A stretch of DNA of 64,000 bases from an uncultured Desulfospira sp. (GCA_963663165.1 OY760175.1:4640001-4704000); one strand, 5' to 3'. Positions 19,111 to 32,516 are shown, counted from the first letter of the stretch. The notes: generated by a model from the letters alone, not told the origin. Translations and numbers: made by a program.

Positions 19111-20304
19111 ATGGCCAAGGAGAAATTTGAGCGGACTAAACCGCATGTCAACATAGGAACGATTGGTCATATCGACCATGGGAAGACGACGCTTACCGCA
19201 GCAATCACAAAGCTTGCCGGGATGAAGGGTCACGCCGATTATGTTCCTTTTGACGAGATCGACAAGGCGCCTGAAGAAAGAGAACGTGGTATAACCATTG
19301 CAACGGCTCATGTTGAATACGAGACCGATGCGCGTCACTATGCCCATGTGGATTGCCCGGGCCATGCCGACTACATTAAGAATATGATCACCGGTGCCGC
19401 TCAGATGGACGGTGCGATCCTGGTGGTCAGTGCTGATGACGGCCCCATGCCCCAGACCCGCGAACACATTCTTCTTGCCCGTCAGGTTGGTGTGCCCAAG
19501 ATCGTTGTTTTCTTGAACAAGTGCGATATGGTGGATGACGAGGAACTCATCGAACTGGTGGAAATGGAACTTCAGGAACTGCTGGACAGCTATGAATTCC
19601 CCGGAGATGAAACCCCGATAATCAGAGGATCCGCCCTTAAAGCCCTGGAAACAGAAGACGTAGACAGTGATGAAGCCAAGCCTATTTTCGAGCTTTTGGA
19701 CACACTGGACAGCTACGTTCCGGAGCCTGAAAGAGATACCGCCAAACCCTTCCTGATGCCCATCGAAGACGTGTTCTCCATTTCCGGCCGTGGTACGGTT
19801 GTTACCGGCAGGATTGAGAGAGGGATCATCAAGACCGGTGAGGAAATCGAAATTGTTGGTATCCGTGACACCGCCAAAACCGTCTGCACCGGCGTTGAGA
19901 TGTTCAGAAAACTGCTGGATGAAGGCCAGGCCGGAGACAATGTGGGATTGCTGCTTCGCGGCACCAAGCGGGACCAGGTGGAAAGAGGCCAGGTAGTATC
20001 CAAACCGGGGACCATTACCCCCCATACCAAGTTCAAAGCCGAGATGTATGCCTTGAGCAAGGAAGAAGGCGGGCGTCATACCCCGTTCTTTACCGGCTAC
20101 CGTCCCCAGTTCTTTTTTAGAACTACGGATATTACAGGGGTTCTGACCCTTGAAGAGGGCGTTGAAATGATCATGCCCGGTGATAATGCAACCATCAATG
20201 TTGAGCTGATCAACCCCATTGCCATGGAAAAAGAACTTCGCTTTGCCATAAGGGAAGGTGGACGGACTGTTGGCGCCGGTGTTATCGGTGAAATTGTTGA
20301 ATAA
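19111..20304 (+). CDS. tuf: Elongation factor Tu, copy 1
   Basis: [17 protein letters not shown]; follows the Thr-Tyr-Gly-Thr tRNA cluster. Confidence 0.99.
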   Translation: MAKEKFERTKPHVNIGTIGHIDHGKTTLTAAITKLAGMKGHADYVPFDEIDKAPEERERGITIATAHVEYETDARHYAHVDCPGHADYIKNMITGAAQMDGAILVVSADDGPMPQTREHILLARQVGVPKIVVFLNKCDMVDDEELIELVEMELQELLDSYEFPGDETPIIRGSALKALETEDVDSDEAKPIFELLDTLDSYVPEPERDTAKPFLMPIEDVFSISGRGTVVTGRIERGIIKTGEEIEIVGIRDTAKTVCTGVEMFRKLLDEGQAGDNVGLLLRGTKRDQVERGQVVSKPGTITPHTKFKAEMYALSKEEGGRHTPFFTGYRPQFFFRTTDITGVLTLEEGVEMIMPGDNATINVELINPIAMEKELRFAIREGGRTVGAGVIGEIVE

Positions 20305-20321
20305 ATTTTAGGGGACATACA

Positions 20322-20480
20322 GTGGATAGAGTTCTTGTTGCCCTTGCCTGTACTGAATGCAAGCGAAAAAATTATACCACCACAAAGAACAAGCGTAAAA
20401 CTCCGGATAAGATTGAGTTTAAGAAATACTGCAAGTTCTGTAACAGGCATGTGATTCATAAGGAAACAAAAATTAAATAG
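20322..20480 (+). CDS. rpmG: 50S ribosomal protein L33 (Zn-ribbon type)
   Basis: Read by hand from [55 protein letters not shown]. Confidence 0.95.
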   Translation: MDRVLVALACTECKRKNYTTTKNKRKTPDKIEFKKYCKFCNRHVIHKETKIK

Positions 20481-20493
20481 CTTAAGCCCATGC

Positions 20494-20570
20494 AGGTCAG
20501 TAGCTCTAATTGGCAGAGCTCCGGACTCCAAATCCGGATGTTGGGGGTTCGAATCCCTCCTGACCTGCCA
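20494..20570 (+). tRNA. tRNA-Trp(CCA)
   Basis: AGGTCAGTAGCTC...CTCCAAA...GGTTCGAATCC...CTGACCTGCCA. Confidence 0.96.
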
Positions 20571-20628
20571 TATTTTAAACCGCCGGTCCCAGGTATTGGC
20601 CTGAACCGGCGGTAACTCTGGGAGTATT

Positions 20629-20991
20629 ATGTCACGCATACAGAAAAAGAAGGATTTCAGGGAAAAGAAAAAGAAGAAAACAGACCTTGAATCCGAAACG
20701 GACGGGACTGTCCGGTCAAGTGGGGCAAAATCATCGGTGTCCCCTGCAGTTGCAGCGGTTAAGAAAGAAAAAGCCGTTATAGAGCAGAAACCAGGCGAAC
20801 CCAACATCTTCCAGAGAGGAATGGAGTTCTTAAGAGAAGCTAAAATTGAACTGAAAAAGGTGACCTGGCCCACACGAAAGCAGACTACCGGAACGACCAT
20901 TGTCGTTATTATTTTTGTGTTTGTTGTTGCAGCCTTTCTTGGACTTTTTGATTACAGCCTTTCAAAGCTGGTTCAGGTTGTCCTTACATAA
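20629..20991 (+). CDS. secE: Preprotein translocase subunit SecE
   Basis: FLREAKIELKKVTWP motif, one TM, position before nusG. Confidence 0.93.
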   Translation: MSRIQKKKDFREKKKKKTDLESETDGTVRSSGAKSSVSPAVAAVKKEKAVIEQKPGEPNIFQRGMEFLREAKIELKKVTWPTRKQTTGTTIVVIIFVFVVAAFLGLFDYSLSKLVQVVLT

Positions 20992-21009
20992 ATAAAATAA
21001 GGTAGTAAC

Positions 21010-21540
21010 ATGTCTCTAAAATGGTATGTGGTTCACGTATATTCAGGCCACGAGCAAAAGGTGAAAACCGCGCTTGAAGAAAAGATTGATGCCTCAAAAC
21101 ATCCGGAAAAGTTCGGTGAGATCCTGATTCCCACTGAAAACGTCGTGGAGTTGGTTGGTGGGAAAAAACGTGAATCTTCAAGAAAGTTTTATCCGGGTTA
21201 TATTCTGGTCAGAATGTACCTGGACAACGAGACATGGCACATTGTCAGTTCGACCCCTAAGGTGACTGGATTTCTCGGGGGAAAAAATAAGCCGGCGCCC
21301 ATCAGTGATAAAGAGGCCCAGGCCATTGTTGATAAAATGCAGACGGGGAAAAACAAACCCCAGCCCAAATACTTCTTTGAGCCCGGTGACGATATCAGGG
21401 TCATAGACGGGCCGTTCTCCAATTTTAACGGAACAGTGGAGGAAGTCTCTCCGGACAAGGAGAAAATAAAGGTGTTGGTCAGTATTTTCGGCAGGGCAAC
21501 TCCGGTGGAATTGAACTTCATACAGGTGACCAAAATTTAA
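21010..21540 (+). CDS. nusG: Transcription factor NusG
   Basis: WYVVHVYSGHE, FYPGY, KOW domain, IFGRATPVEL. Confidence 0.98.
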   Translation: MSLKWYVVHVYSGHEQKVKTALEEKIDASKHPEKFGEILIPTENVVELVGGKKRESSRKFYPGYILVRMYLDNETWHIVSSTPKVTGFLGGKNKPAPISDKEAQAIVDKMQTGKNKPQPKYFFEPGDDIRVIDGPFSNFNGTVEEVSPDKEKIKVLVSIFGRATPVELNFIQVTKI

Positions 21541-21561
21541 AGAGTTTCAGGAGTATTTAAA

Positions 21562-21984
21562 ATGGCAAAAAAAGTAATGACGCAAATAAAGCTTCAGGTA
21601 GAAGCCGGAAAGGCCAATCCTTCACCTCCCATCGGACCGGCCCTGGGTCAGCATGGCGTCAACATAATGGATTTTTGCAAGGCGTTTAATGCGAAAACGG
21701 CCAATGATGCAGGATCAATTATTCCGGTTGTAATCACGGTTTATCAGGATAGATCCTTTAGCTTCATAACCAAGACGCCGCCTGCATCCAGACTGCTGCT
21801 GGCCGCAGCCAAAATATCAAAGGGTTCCGGAGTGCCCAATCGGGACAAAGTCGGCAAGGTAACCCATGCCCAACTGGTTGAAATCGCTGAAACCAAAAAA
21901 GAGGATCTGAATGCCTCGGATATAGATGCGGCTGTAAAAATTATTGCAGGCACAGCAAGAAGTATGGGGATCGAAGTCGTTTAA
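21562..21984 (+). CDS. rplK: 50S ribosomal protein L11
   Basis: [18 protein letters not shown]. Confidence 0.98.
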   Translation: MAKKVMTQIKLQVEAGKANPSPPIGPALGQHGVNIMDFCKAFNAKTANDAGSIIPVVITVYQDRSFSFITKTPPASRLLLAAAKISKGSGVPNRDKVGKVTHAQLVEIAETKKEDLNASDIDAAVKIIAGTARSMGIEVV

Positions 21985-22010
21985 CCTTTAAGTCGAAGAG
22001 TGATGGAAAA

Positions 22011-22703
22011 ATGCCTAAGCGAGGTAAAAAACACATAGACGCATTGAAGAAAGTGGACAGAACTGTGCAATATGATCCTAAAGAGGCCATGGATCTGACC
22101 GTTTCTTCAAGTCACGCAAAATTTGATGAGACCGTTGATATTGCTGTCAGGCTTGGTGTGGATCCAAGACATGCAGATCAGATGGTCCGCGGCACAGTAG
22201 TTCTGCCCAATGGTTTGGGCAAGGAAGTAAAAATCCTTGTTTTTGCCAAGGGGGAAAAAGAAAAAGAAGCCCTTGATGCAGGAGCTGATTTCATTGCCAC
22301 TGATGATGTCGTTGAAAAGATAAAAGACGGCTGGTTCGGGTTCGACAAGGCCATTGCAACGCCTGACATGATGGGAACCGTTGGTAAACTTGGCCGGATT
22401 TTAGGCCCCCGGGGGCTGATGCCCAACGCAAAAACCGGCACGGTGACCTTTGAAATTGAAAAGGCGATCAATGAGCTTAAAGCCGGAAAGATCGATTTCA
22501 GAGTTGAGAAAGCCGGTATTGTTCATGTTCCTGTTGGTAAAGTATCATTCGGTCCTGAAAAACTGCTTGAAAACGCCAAAGCGTTTCTGGATAAGCTGAT
22601 TGCCTTAAAACCGGCTGCCAGCAAGGGAACCTACTTGAAATCCATCAGCGTCTCATCAACCATGGGGCCTGGCATTAAAGTTGATCCCCTTTTAATTAAA
22701 TAA
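22011..22703 (+). CDS. rplA: 50S ribosomal protein L1
   Basis: [21 protein letters not shown]. Confidence 0.98.
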   Translation: MPKRGKKHIDALKKVDRTVQYDPKEAMDLTVSSSHAKFDETVDIAVRLGVDPRHADQMVRGTVVLPNGLGKEVKILVFAKGEKEKEALDAGADFIATDDVVEKIKDGWFGFDKAIATPDMMGTVGKLGRILGPRGLMPNAKTGTVTFEIEKAINELKAGKIDFRVEKAGIVHVPVGKVSFGPEKLLENAKAFLDKLIALKPAASKGTYLKSISVSSTMGPGIKVDPLLIK

Positions 22704-22716
22704 AGTTAAGAAAAAC

Positions 22717-22780
22717 CTGTCCTAGACAGTAGGTGCGCCGGGAACGGCGCATAATCGGAATGGCCGGCCTGCCGAGACAG
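22717..22780 (+). promoter_or_regulatory. L10 leader (r-protein autoregulatory RNA)
   Basis: CTGTC-ctAGACAGTAGG...TAA...CCTGCCGA-GACAG stem upstream of rplJ. Confidence 0.8.
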
Positions 22781-22851
22781 AAAAACCATTTTGTTTTGGT
22801 CTAGTTGGCACCTTCCTGTAAGATTCAATTAAGAAAGGAGGTGTAATTAAA

Positions 22852-23376
22852 TTGCTTAATATTTCCCAGAAAAAAGAACTGGTAGAAAGACTCGCCCAGC
22901 AGCTTGCTGAAACCGAGATTTCAATCCTGGTTGATTACAAAGGCCTGGATGTTCTGGAAGTGACCGAGCTTCGCGCCAAGCTTCGCGAAGCCGGCGCCGG
23001 TATGGAAGTGGTTAAAAACACGCTTCTGAACCTGGCTTCCAAAGATACTGACTCTGCCGTGTTGGCTGATTTTTTCACCGGTCCCAATGCCATCATCACG
23101 GCAGCCACTGATCCGGTATCTCCGGCCAAGATTCTGACCGATTTTGCCAAAGCTCACGAGAAGCTGGAGATCAAGGCAGCCGCTTTAAGCGGTAAGCTTT
23201 TAACTCCGGAAGAAATCCAGCAGTTGGCCAAAATGCCGTCCAAGGAAGAACTGCTCGCCAAACTGGTCTACACACTCAATGCTGTGCCCACATCCCTGGT
23301 CAATGTTCTTTCAGGTGTTCCCAGATCTTTTGTCAATGTGCTTAGCGCTGTAAAAGATCAGAAAGAAGCGGCTTAA
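22852..23376 (+). CDS. rplJ: 50S ribosomal protein L10
   Basis: [26 protein letters not shown] start after GGAGGT. Confidence 0.96.
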   Translation: MLNISQKKELVERLAQQLAETEISILVDYKGLDVLEVTELRAKLREAGAGMEVVKNTLLNLASKDTDSAVLADFFTGPNAIITAATDPVSPAKILTDFAKAHEKLEIKAAALSGKLLTPEEIQQLAKMPSKEELLAKLVYTLNAVPTSLVNVLSGVPRSFVNVLSAVKDQKEAA

Positions 23377-23446
23377 ATCGCCAATTTACATTTATTTAAA
23401 CTATTGTAATCAATACCCTTTTTATATTTATTTGAGGAGACTAAAA

Positions 23447-23839
23447 ATGGCCGATATCACAAAAGATGATGTTATTGAATTTATATCTAATATGAGCGTT
23501 CTTGAACTCTCAGAACTGGTTAAAGAATTTGAAGACAAATTCGGCGTCAGTGCCGCAGCCCCTGTTGCAATGGCTGCCGGCCCCATGGTTGCCGGCGGTG
23601 CCGATGCCGGTGCCGCTGCTGAAGAACAGACCGAGTTTGATGTTATTCTTGAGACCATTGGTGATAAGAAAATCAATGTTATCAAGGAAGTCCGGGCCAT
23701 TACCGGACTTGGCTTGAAAGAAGCCAAAGCCCTGGTTGAAGAAGCGCCTAAGGCTGTGAAGGAAGGTGTGTCCAAAGAAGAGGCAGACAAAATCAAAGAA
23801 CAGCTTGAAGGAGCCGGAGCACAGGTTTCTGTAAAGTAA
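23447..23839 (+). CDS. rplL: 50S ribosomal protein L7/L12
   Basis: [32 protein letters not shown]. Confidence 0.98.
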   Translation: MADITKDDVIEFISNMSVLELSELVKEFEDKFGVSAAAPVAMAAGPMVAGGADAGAAAEEQTEFDVILETIGDKKINVIKEVRAITGLGLKEAKALVEEAPKAVKEGVSKEEADKIKEQLEGAGAQVSVK

Positions 23840-23885
23840 TGAAATATCAGTAAAAATTAATGTTCATCGTTAAGATGGACAATGT

Positions 23886-23920
23886 GCGGAGGCAAGGCAA
23901 TGGGCCGTGTCTCCGCTTTT
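23886..23920 (+). terminator. Putative rplL-rpoB attenuator/terminator
   Basis: GCGGAGGCA...TGTCTCCGC stem followed by TTTT. Confidence 0.65.
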
Positions 23921-23951
23921 ACGGTTGGAAAAACTCACATTGGGAGATATT

Positions 23952-26900
23952 ATGACCGGAAGTCTGTTGACAATTATCCGACATCGAAAAGAGTTTGGCA
24001 GCAAACGGAAAATCATTGATATTCCGGACCTTATCGGTATGCAGCGAAACTCCTTTGAAAGTTTTCTTCAAATGGATGTTGAGCCCCAGGACCGGGAGGA
24101 CAAGGGGTTGCATTCCGTGTTTAAATCGGTTTTCCCCATCAAGGATTTTACCGATACCTCCTCTTTGGAATATGTGTCATATTCTTTTGGAGAGACCAAA
24201 CATTCTGTTAAAGAGTGTATCAGCCGGGGGATGACCTATGATATCCCGGTGAACATCCGGGTACGGCTCGTGGTTTACGATCAGGATAAAGAGACGGAAA
24301 CCTCCACCATTCGTGATATCAAAGAACAAGAAATTTATTTTGGCACTATCCCTTTGATGACCCGCCGGGGGACCTTTATCATCAATGGAACGGAAAGGGC
24401 TGTGGTCAGCCAGCTTCACAGGTCTTCGGGTGTTTTCTTTGATCATGACAAAGGCAAGAATTACTCCACAGGAAAGATCATCTACAACGCCAGGATCATT
24501 CCGGTTCGCGGGTCCTGGATTGATATGGAAATTGATGCAAAGGATATTGTCAATATCCGGATTGACAGGCGGCGCAAATTTCCAGTCTCTATTTTGTTTA
24601 AGGCGTTCGGGTATACCAGCGAGGATATCCTTGATTTCTTTTATACCAAAGAAAGGATAACAAATAAGCAAGGCTCGTTTTTTAAAGAGTTTATTCCCGA
24701 GAATCTGGTTCGCCAGAGGGCAGGATTTGATGTGGCATCTCCTGAAACAGGAGAGATCCTGGTCAAACAGGGAAGAATTTTTACAAAACGGGCCTTAAAG
24801 CAGCTCAAGGATGAGGGCCTCGACTATATCCCTATCACTGAATCCGAACTGATAGGCAAAGCCTTTGCCCACGATTATGTTGATGAGGAAACCGGTGACC
24901 TCCTGTTTAAAGCCGGTGACCTGATTGCCGAAGACAGTTTTGAGAAACTGGAAGCCCATCACCTGGATGACTTTCATATCCTGTACGTGGATGCCAGAAG
25001 TTCCGATTCCATGCGCAAGACATTGGTATCCGACAAAACAGAAACCAAAGAAGAGGCGCTGATGGACATTTACCGGCGCCTGCGGCCCGGTAACCCGGCG
25101 ACAGTGGAAGTTGCCCAGGAATTTATTGACCACCTGTTTTTCAGACAGGCCTACTACGACTTGTCCAAGGTTGGCCGGTTGAAAATGAATCATCGCCTTG
25201 GGGTGAACACCAAAATTGACGTGAAGACCTTACGCAGAGAAGATGTCCTGCTGACGGCCAATACCCTGATAGAGCTTAAAGACACCCAAGGACAGGTGGA
25301 TGATATCGACCATCTCGGGAACCGGCGAGTTCGTGCGGTTGGGGAACTTCTGGAAAATCATTACCGAATCGGGCTGGTGAGAATGGAACGGGCCATCAAG
25401 GAAAAGATGAGCATGCAGGAAGTCGATGCCATGATGCCCCATGACCTGATCAACCCTAAGCCGGTTTCTGCGGTGGTCAGAGAATTTTTCGGGACCTCCC
25501 AGCTTTCCCAGTTCATGGATCAGACCAACCCCCTGTCTGAAACTACCCATAAAAGAAGGCTGTCTGCCTTGGGACCCGGAGGGTTGACCCGGGAACGGGC
25601 CGGATTTGAGGTCAGGGACGTCCATCCGTCCCACTATGGCAGAATTTGCCCCATCGAAACCCCTGAAGGGCCCAACATTGGACTGATCGTGTCCTTGTGT
25701 ACCTATGCCAGGGTCAATGATTTCGGGTTTATCGAGACCCCCTTCAGGATTGCCCAGGACGGAAACGCCAGCAAAGAGATTACCCATTTAAGCGCTTTTG
25801 AAGAAAAAAGCCATCCCATTGCCCAGGCCAATGCCCCTCTTGATTCCGATGGAAATTTCGTTAATCCCCTGGTTTCTGCCCGGGTGGCCGGCGAATTTGA
25901 AATGGTTGAAAATGAGAACATTAAATTTATGGACGTTTCTCCCAATCAGCTGGTTTCAGTTTCCGCCTCTTTGATTCCTTTTCTGGAGAATGACGACGCC
26001 AACCGGGCTCTCATGGGATCAAACATGCAGCGCCAGGCTGTTCCGCTGATCCGCAGCGAAGCCCCCCTGGTGGGCACTGGTATGGAAAGTGTTGTGGCAA
26101 GGGATTCCGGGGTTACCATTGTGGCCGATTATGACGGTATCGTGGTGGATGTGGACTCCAAACGGATTGTGGTCAGAAATGATGACAAGGCCGAGGGATC
26201 ATTTGCAAAAGCCGTGTCTATCTACAATTGTACCAAATTTGTCAGGTCCAACCAGAACACCTGTTTTAACCACAGGCCCATTGTTCAGGTCGGAGACCAG
26301 GTTAAACAAGGACAGGTCATTGCAGACGGCCCTTCAACGGAAATGGGCGAGCTTGCCCTTGGCAAGAATGTCACCGTGGCGTTCATGCCCTGGGATGGAT
26401 ACAACTATGAGGATTCCATTCTGGTCAGTGAACGGCTGGTTAAGGATGGGGTATACACGTCCGTCCATGTGGAAGAATTTGAGGTCCTGGCCCGGGATAC
26501 CAAGCTGGGCAAGGAAGAGATCACCCGAGACATCCCCAATGTCGGCGAAGAAGCACTCAAAAATCTGGATGAAAGCGGTATTATCCGGCTGGGCGCAGAG
26601 GTAAAGCCTGGGGATATTCTGGTGGGGAAAATCACTCCCAAAGGTGAAACCCAGCTGTCCCCTGAAGAAAAACTGCTGCGGGCCATTTTCGGTGAAAAGG
26701 CCGGCGACGTGAAAGACACCTCTCTGTGCGTTCCGCCGGGGGTCAACGGCAAGGTGATTGATGCCAAGGTTTTCTCCAGGCGGGGCCTCGCCAAGGATGA
26801 CCGGACCCGTCAGATCGAAGATGAGGAAATTGAACGGTTTGAAAAAGACCGGGATGATGAAATTAAGATTATTTCCCAGGTTGCCCGGGAAAAGGTGGAA

Positions 26901-28079
26901 TCCATTGCCGCCGGCCAGGCCGTTCTTTCCGAGTTGGAGAAAAACGGGAAAGTGGTTCTGAAAAAGGGCCATATTATCCAGGCATCAAGCCTTGAAAAAA
27001 TTCCGGTATCTGTTCTGGTAAATATAGCCCTGGAAGATCCGGTCATAACCGAGCGGGCCCAGGTAACCCTTGAACAGGCCCAGGAGCAAATTAAAAAGGC
27101 AAGAGAGCATTTTAACCGCCAGGTATCCCGGTTTGAAAAGGGAGATGACCTGCCGCCGGGCGTCCTCAAGCTCATCAAGATCAGTGTGGCCATGGAAAGG
27201 GTGCTTTCCGTGGGAGATAAAATGGCCGGCCGTCACGGAAATAAAGGGGTTGTGTCCAGAATATTGAGAACCGAAGACCTGCCTTACTTTGCCGACGGCC
27301 GCCCCGTTGACATGGTGCTCAATCCCTTAGGGGTTCCTTCCCGGATGAATGTCGGTCAGATTCTGGAGATTCATCTTGGGGCGGCAGCCCATAATCTGGG
27401 CCAGCAGATTGATGACCTGCTTGACGAAATGAAACTGGACCAGCTCAGGGAAAAGGTAAAAAGCATATTTACCCTTACCAAAAAACAGCGTGTTGACGGG
27501 ATTGAAGACGCCCTGGGAGACCGGATCGACCAGATGTCGGAACAGGAACTCATTGAATTTTCAGCATTATACCGAAACGGTGTCCATACCGCCACCCCGG
27601 TGTTTGACGGTGCCACGGAAGAAGAAATAAAAGATTTGCTCGAAGAGTCGGGAACTGATCGTTCCGGGCAGTCCATTTTGTATGACGGAAGAACCGGCGA
27701 GCCTTTTGATAAACCCGTTACCGTCGGGACCATGTACATGCTCAAACTTCACCATCTGGTGGATGACAAACTCCATGCCAGATCCATCGGCCCCTACTCT
27801 CTGGTTACTCAGCAGCCCCTTGGCGGCAAGGCTCAGTTCGGCGGCCAGAGGCTGGGAGAAATGGAAGTCTGGGCCATGGAAGCATACGGGGCCGCCCACG
27901 CACTCCAGGAATTTTTAACGGTAAAATCCGATGACATGACCGGAAGAACCCGGATGTATGAAAAAATTGTTAAAGGCCAGAATGTTCTGGAGCCTGGGAT
28001 GCCTGAGTCCTTCAGGGTATTGATGAAGGAACTCAACAGTCTGGGATTGGATATGAAACTGATTGAAGGCGATAAATAA
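23952..28079 (+). CDS. rpoB: RNA polymerase beta subunit
   Basis: [37 protein letters not shown] 23952 after GGGAG. Confidence 0.99.
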   Translation: MTGSLLTIIRHRKEFGSKRKIIDIPDLIGMQRNSFESFLQMDVEPQDREDKGLHSVFKSVFPIKDFTDTSSLEYVSYSFGETKHSVKECISRGMTYDIPVNIRVRLVVYDQDKETETSTIRDIKEQEIYFGTIPLMTRRGTFIINGTERAVVSQLHRSSGVFFDHDKGKNYSTGKIIYNARIIPVRGSWIDMEIDAKDIVNIRIDRRRKFPVSILFKAFGYTSEDILDFFYTKERITNKQGSFFKEFIPENLVRQRAGFDVASPETGEILVKQGRIFTKRALKQLKDEGLDYIPITESELIGKAFAHDYVDEETGDLLFKAGDLIAEDSFEKLEAHHLDDFHILYVDARSSDSMRKTLVSDKTETKEEALMDIYRRLRPGNPATVEVAQEFIDHLFFRQAYYDLSKVGRLKMNHRLGVNTKIDVKTLRREDVLLTANTLIELKDTQGQVDDIDHLGNRRVRAVGELLENHYRIGLVRMERAIKEKMSMQEVDAMMPHDLINPKPVSAVVREFFGTSQLSQFMDQTNPLSETTHKRRLSALGPGGLTRERAGFEVRDVHPSHYGRICPIETPEGPNIGLIVSLCTYARVNDFGFIETPFRIAQDGNASKEITHLSAFEEKSHPIAQANAPLDSDGNFVNPLVSARVAGEFEMVENENIKFMDVSPNQLVSVSASLIPFLENDDANRALMGSNMQRQAVPLIRSEAPLVGTGMESVVARDSGVTIVADYDGIVVDVDSKRIVVRNDDKAEGSFAKAVSIYNCTKFVRSNQNTCFNHRPIVQVGDQVKQGQVIADGPSTEMGELALGKNVTVAFMPWDGYNYEDSILVSERLVKDGVYTSVHVEEFEVLARDTKLGKEEITRDIPNVGEEALKNLDESGIIRLGAEVKPGDILVGKITPKGETQLSPEEKLLRAIFGEKAGDVKDTSLCVPPGVNGKVIDAKVFSRRGLAKDDRTRQIEDEEIERFEKDRDDEIKIISQVAREKVESIAAGQAVLSELEKNGKVVLKKGHIIQASSLEKIPVSVLVNIALEDPVITERAQVTLEQAQEQIKKAREHFNRQVSRFEKGDDLPPGVLKLIKISVAMERVLSVGDKMAGRHGNKGVVSRILRTEDLPYFADGRPVDMVLNPLGVPSRMNVGQILEIHLGAAAHNLGQQIDDLLDEMKLDQLREKVKSIFTLTKKQRVDGIEDALGDRIDQMSEQELIEFSALYRNGVHTATPVFDGATEEEIKDLLEESGTDRSGQSILYDGRTGEPFDKPVTVGTMYMLKLHHLVDDKLHARSIGPYSLVTQQPLGGKAQFGGQRLGEMEVWAMEAYGAAHALQEFLTVKSDDMTGRTRMYEKIVKGQNVLEPGMPESFRVLMKELNSLGLDMKLIEGDK

Positions 28080-28090
28080 GGAGAAGAATA

Positions 28091-31000
28091 TTGGATAATA
28101 TATATGATTTCTTCGCTAAACCAAAAGATCCCAAGGTTTATCAGGGCGTTCAAATCAGCCTTGCATCTTCCGACCAGATCCGGGAATGGTCCCACGGTGA
28201 AATAAAAAAACCCGAAACCATCAATTACAGAACATTCAAGCCGGAAAGAGACGGCCTGTTTTGCGCCAAAGTCTTCGGTCCCACCAAAGACTATGAGTGC
28301 AACTGCGGTAAATACAAACGGATGAAGCACCGGGGCGTTGTGTGCGAAAAGTGCGGGGTTGAGGTCATTCAGTCCAAGGTGCGGCGGGAGCGGATGGCCC
28401 ACATTGAGCTTGCCTCTCCAGTGTCCCACATCTGGTTTCTTAAAAGCCTGCCAAGCAAAATTGGAAACGTGCTTGACCTGACCCTTAAAAACCTTGAAAA
28501 GGTTCTGTACTTTGATTCCTATATTGTGATTGACCCCAAAGACTCGGGGCTCAAAAAAATGCAGCTCCTGTCTGACGATCAGTATTATGAAGCTATAGAG
28601 GCATTTGGAGAAGAAGGATTTGATGCCGGCATCGGTGCTGAGGCTATCTTAAGGCTGTTGGAGGAAATCAACCTTCAGGAAGTTCATGATGAACTCAGAG
28701 AAGAGATTTCCATAACCAAGTCCGTTGCCAAACAGCAGAAAATGGCCAAACGGCTCAAGGTCATTGATGCATTCCTGAATTCAGGGATTGAACCTTCCCG
28801 GATGATTTTAACCGCCTGCCCCATTCTTCCCCCGGACTTAAGGCCTCTGGTTCCACTTGAAGGGGGCCGGTTTGCCACGTCAGATCTCAACGATCTGTAC
28901 CGCCGGGTGTTAAACCGGAACAACCGGTTAAAACGGTTGGTGGACCTGGATGCCCCGGACATTATTGTCAGGAATGAAAAACGAATGCTTCAAGAATCCG
29001 TGGACGTGCTGTTTGATAACGGGCGCCATGGACGGGTCGTTACGGGCACCAACAAACGGCCTCTGAAATCTTTGAGTGATACCCTGAAAGGCAAACAGGG
29101 CCGTTTCCGTCAGAACCTGTTGGGAAAACGTGTGGATTATTCCGGACGTACGGTTATTACGGTAGGCTCTGAGTTAAGGCTTCATCAGTGCGGGATTCCA
29201 AAGAAAATGGCCCTTGAGCTGTTTAAGCCGTTTATTTACAATTATCTGGAACAAAAAGGGCTGGTGTCCACCGTTAAAAGTGCTAAAAAAATGGTGGAAA
29301 GAGAGGAAACCGAGGTATGGGATGCTTTGGAATCCGTTGTAAAAGAATACCCGGTCATGCTCAACCGGGCGCCGACCCTTCACCGTCTGGGTTTCCAGGC
29401 ATTTGAGCCGGTCCTGATTGAGGGAAAGGCCATTCAGCTTCATCCCCTGGTATGCCCGGCATTCAACGCCGATTTTGACGGGGACCAGATGGCGGTTCAT
29501 GTGCCCCTTTCGCTGGAATCCCAGCTCGAAGCACGGATCATGATGCTGTCTACCAACAACATCCTCTCTCCCGCCAATGGGCAGCCCATCATTGTTCCCA
29601 CCCAGGATATTGTTCTGGGGATTTATTATATGACCCGGGCCATGGCCGGCCGGAAAGGGGAGGGAATCAGCTTTTCAAGCATTGAAGAGGTCCGGTATGC
29701 CTTTGACGCCGGGGCTCTGGATCTTCATGCAAAAATAAAGGTCCGGATCGATGATGAGACCTATGACACCACCACGGGCCGTATTCTGCTGTGGGAAACC
29801 ATCCCCGGGGATACCCTGCTCTCCTTGAGCAGAATTCGGACAGAAACTTTTGAAGAGTGCGAGCAGGCTTTAGAAGCACTTAAAGCCGGTGAAGATTTTG
29901 AAGATGTATTGAAAAAATATTCGGATGATGAAATCAAAAAGACCCGGGGAGAAACCGGTGTTCTCAGCCGAAAAGAGTTTAAGAATATTTTTCAGCTGTC
30001 TGACGTTGTGGTTGAACAGCTTTTCAGTCTTAAGAAGGGCCAGTTCACCGATGTCCGTGTGGTGGGGGATAAATATACCATTTTCAAAGTGGATGAAAGA
30101 AAGACCACCCTTCCCTTTACCCTGGTCAATAAACTCATGGACAAGTCTTCAACGGTTAAACTCATTGACTATGCCTACCGGAACATCGGGCTTAAAGAAA
30201 CCGTTATTCTGTCCGACCGGCTCAAAGATATCGGTTACCAGTATTCTACCCTGGGCGGGCTTTCCATTTGTGTGGACGACATGATTATCCCGGATGAAAA
30301 ATGGGATATTATTGCCAGGGCAGAACAAAATATTAACGACATCAAAAACCAGTATTCTGAAGGTTTGATTACCCAGGGAGAAAAGTACAACAAGGTGGTG
30401 GACATCTGGGCCCAGGCAACGGACGATATTGCCAATGCCATGATGGAAGTTATGAAAAATCCCGTGGGGGCAGCCGATGCTGAAACCGCTGAAATGATGA
30501 ACGCAGTTTACGTCATGGCGGATTCCGGGGCCAGGGGCTCCAAAGATCAGATGCGTCAGCTGGCTGGGATGCGCGGGCTTATGGCCAAGCCTTCCGGTGA
30601 GATCATTGAAAACCCCATTACGGCCTGCTTCCGTGAAGGATTGTCTGTGCTTCAGTACTTTATTTCCACCCATGGTGCCCGGAAAGGCCTGGCGGATACG
30701 GCGTTGAAAACGGCCAACTCCGGGTATCTGACCCGGCGTCTGGCTGATGTCGGCCAGGACTGCACCATTGTTGAACATGATTGCGGGACTATTAACGGCA
30801 TAGAGGTGGAAGCCCTGTATGAGGGGGGAGAAATCATTCAGACCCTGGGTGAAAGAATCCTGGGCAGGGTGACCCAGGAAGATATCCGGGACCCTTATTC
30901 AGATGAACATATTGTGGCAGCGGATACGGAACTGACCGAAGCCCACGTGGCACGGATTGAGGAGGCCGGTGTTCAAAAGGTAAAAATTCGTTCGGTGTTA

Positions 31001-32473
31001 ACCTGCAACTCCAAACACGGGGTTTGCTCCAGGTGCTACGGCCGGGACCTGGCCCACGGGATCACCGTGGAAATCGGCCAGGCCATTGGCATCGTGGCGG
31101 CCCAGTCCATTGGCGAGCCCGGGACCCAGCTGACCATGAGAACCTTCCACATCGGCGGCACCGCATCCAGAAAGGTTGAAGTTGCTGAAATAAAGGCCCG
31201 GGTGGGCGGCATTCTCAAGTATAATGAGGACATCCAGACCGTTACCTCTGCGGAAAACGAGGTGATTGTCATGAACCGGAAAGGTGGCGGTATCACCATC
31301 GTGGGGGCAGAAGGACGGGAGCGGGCCAAGGAAACTATCATCTACGGTGCCACCCTTCATCTCAAAAACGGCCAGGCCATTGAGCCCGGGGATATCATTG
31401 CCACCTGGGATCCGTTTACCACACCTATTATCACCGAGGTTTCAGGCCGGGTGAAGCTGGTAGACATTGAAGTCGGCAGTACGGTTCAAGAACAGATAGA
31501 CCCGGTGACCGGGAAGGTCAGTCGTACAATCATCGAAGGAAAAGAATCTGAGGTCCGGCCAAGAATTACCATTAAAGACAAAGACGGCAAAGCGGTAAAG
31601 CTTCCGGGCTCTAAGACCAATGCCCAGTACTACCTGCCGGTGAACGCCATCCTGACCGTTGAAGAGGATGACGCCATCATGGCCGGCGATGTTATTGCCA
31701 AACTGCCCCGGGCCACCACCAAGACAAAGGATATTACCGGTGGTCTTCCCCGTGTGGCAGAGCTTTTTGAGGTCAGAAAACCCAAAGAACCCGGCATGCT
31801 CACGGAAATCGACGGGTATGTTTCCTTGTCCAAGGGAACCAAAGGACGCCAGAAGGTTACCGTTACGCCGACCGATGTGGGGGATAAAAAAGAGTATTCG
31901 GTGCCCAAGGGCGCCCATGTGACGGTTTATGAAGGCGACTATGTCAAGGCGGGCGACGCTCTGATCGCCGGCGCCGCCAACCCCCAGGATATTATGAATA
32001 TCAAGGGCGAGGTGGCCCTTGCGAAGTATCTGGTGGACGAAGTTCAGGAGGTCTACCGGTTGCAGGGGGTTCGGATCAATGACAAACACATAGAAGTTGT
32101 CATCCGGCAGATGATGCGCCGGGTTAAGGTCACCAGCCCCGGAGACACGGAATTTATTCCGGATGAGCAGGTTGACCGGGTTATTTTTGAAGAAAGAAAC
32201 CGTGAGGTTGCCATGAAGGGCGGTGAGCCGGCCAAGGGGGAACCATTAATCCTTGGGATTACAAAGGCTTCTCTTTCAACAGACAGTTTTCTGTCGGCTG
32301 CATCATTTCAGGAAACCACAAAGGTGTTGACTCTGGCGGCCATTGAAGGAAAATACGACAGCCTCAAGGGATTAAAGGAAAACGTGGTGATGGGCCGGTT
32401 GATTCCAGCCGGTACCGGATTCCCCGGTTACCACAACGTCGAGGTGGAAGCCGGGGAAGTACAGGAAGTATAA
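28091..32473 (+). CDS. rpoC: RNA polymerase beta' subunit with an internal parvulin-like insertion
   Basis: Zn ribbon, [46 protein letters not shown] start. Confidence 0.99.
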   Translation: MDNIYDFFAKPKDPKVYQGVQISLASSDQIREWSHGEIKKPETINYRTFKPERDGLFCAKVFGPTKDYECNCGKYKRMKHRGVVCEKCGVEVIQSKVRRERMAHIELASPVSHIWFLKSLPSKIGNVLDLTLKNLEKVLYFDSYIVIDPKDSGLKKMQLLSDDQYYEAIEAFGEEGFDAGIGAEAILRLLEEINLQEVHDELREEISITKSVAKQQKMAKRLKVIDAFLNSGIEPSRMILTACPILPPDLRPLVPLEGGRFATSDLNDLYRRVLNRNNRLKRLVDLDAPDIIVRNEKRMLQESVDVLFDNGRHGRVVTGTNKRPLKSLSDTLKGKQGRFRQNLLGKRVDYSGRTVITVGSELRLHQCGIPKKMALELFKPFIYNYLEQKGLVSTVKSAKKMVEREETEVWDALESVVKEYPVMLNRAPTLHRLGFQAFEPVLIEGKAIQLHPLVCPAFNADFDGDQMAVHVPLSLESQLEARIMMLSTNNILSPANGQPIIVPTQDIVLGIYYMTRAMAGRKGEGISFSSIEEVRYAFDAGALDLHAKIKVRIDDETYDTTTGRILLWETIPGDTLLSLSRIRTETFEECEQALEALKAGEDFEDVLKKYSDDEIKKTRGETGVLSRKEFKNIFQLSDVVVEQLFSLKKGQFTDVRVVGDKYTIFKVDERKTTLPFTLVNKLMDKSSTVKLIDYAYRNIGLKETVILSDRLKDIGYQYSTLGGLSICVDDMIIPDEKWDIIARAEQNINDIKNQYSEGLITQGEKYNKVVDIWAQATDDIANAMMEVMKNPVGAADAETAEMMNAVYVMADSGARGSKDQMRQLAGMRGLMAKPSGEIIENPITACFREGLSVLQYFISTHGARKGLADTALKTANSGYLTRRLADVGQDCTIVEHDCGTINGIEVEALYEGGEIIQTLGERILGRVTQEDIRDPYSDEHIVAADTELTEAHVARIEEAGVQKVKIRSVLTCNSKHGVCSRCYGRDLAHGITVEIGQAIGIVAAQSIGEPGTQLTMRTFHIGGTASRKVEVAEIKARVGGILKYNEDIQTVTSAENEVIVMNRKGGGITIVGAEGRERAKETIIYGATLHLKNGQAIEPGDIIATWDPFTTPIITEVSGRVKLVDIEVGSTVQEQIDPVTGKVSRTIIEGKESEVRPRITIKDKDGKAVKLPGSKTNAQYYLPVNAILTVEEDDAIMAGDVIAKLPRATTKTKDITGGLPRVAELFEVRKPKEPGMLTEIDGYVSLSKGTKGRQKVTVTPTDVGDKKEYSVPKGAHVTVYEGDYVKAGDALIAGAANPQDIMNIKGEVALAKYLVDEVQEVYRLQGVRINDKHIEVVIRQMMRRVKVTSPGDTEFIPDEQVDRVIFEERNREVAMKGGEPAKGEPLILGITKASLSTDSFLSAASFQETTKVLTLAAIEGKYDSLKGLKENVVMGRLIPAGTGFPGYHNVEVEAGEVQEV

Positions 32474-32487
32474 AAAATTTAAAATGC

Positions 32488-32516
32488 TTGACTTATAAAA
32501 AAACAGAATGTAAAAT
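32488..32516 (+). promoter_or_regulatory. Putative sigma70 promoter of the str operon
   Basis: TTGACT-17 nt-TAAAAT with an A/T-rich upstream region. Confidence 0.75.

Noticed and set aside
15913..20570. Prophage or island integration at tRNA genes
   Set aside because: No integrase and no duplicated tRNA 3' end seen in the window
25490..25580. Rifampicin-resistance substitutions in RpoB
   Set aside because: Key cluster I residues (Q, D, H, S) are wild type
29813..30109. RpoC insert as an intein or intron
   Set aside because: No intein C-terminal His-Asn followed by Cys/Ser/Thr, no endonuclease motif, frame uninterrupted
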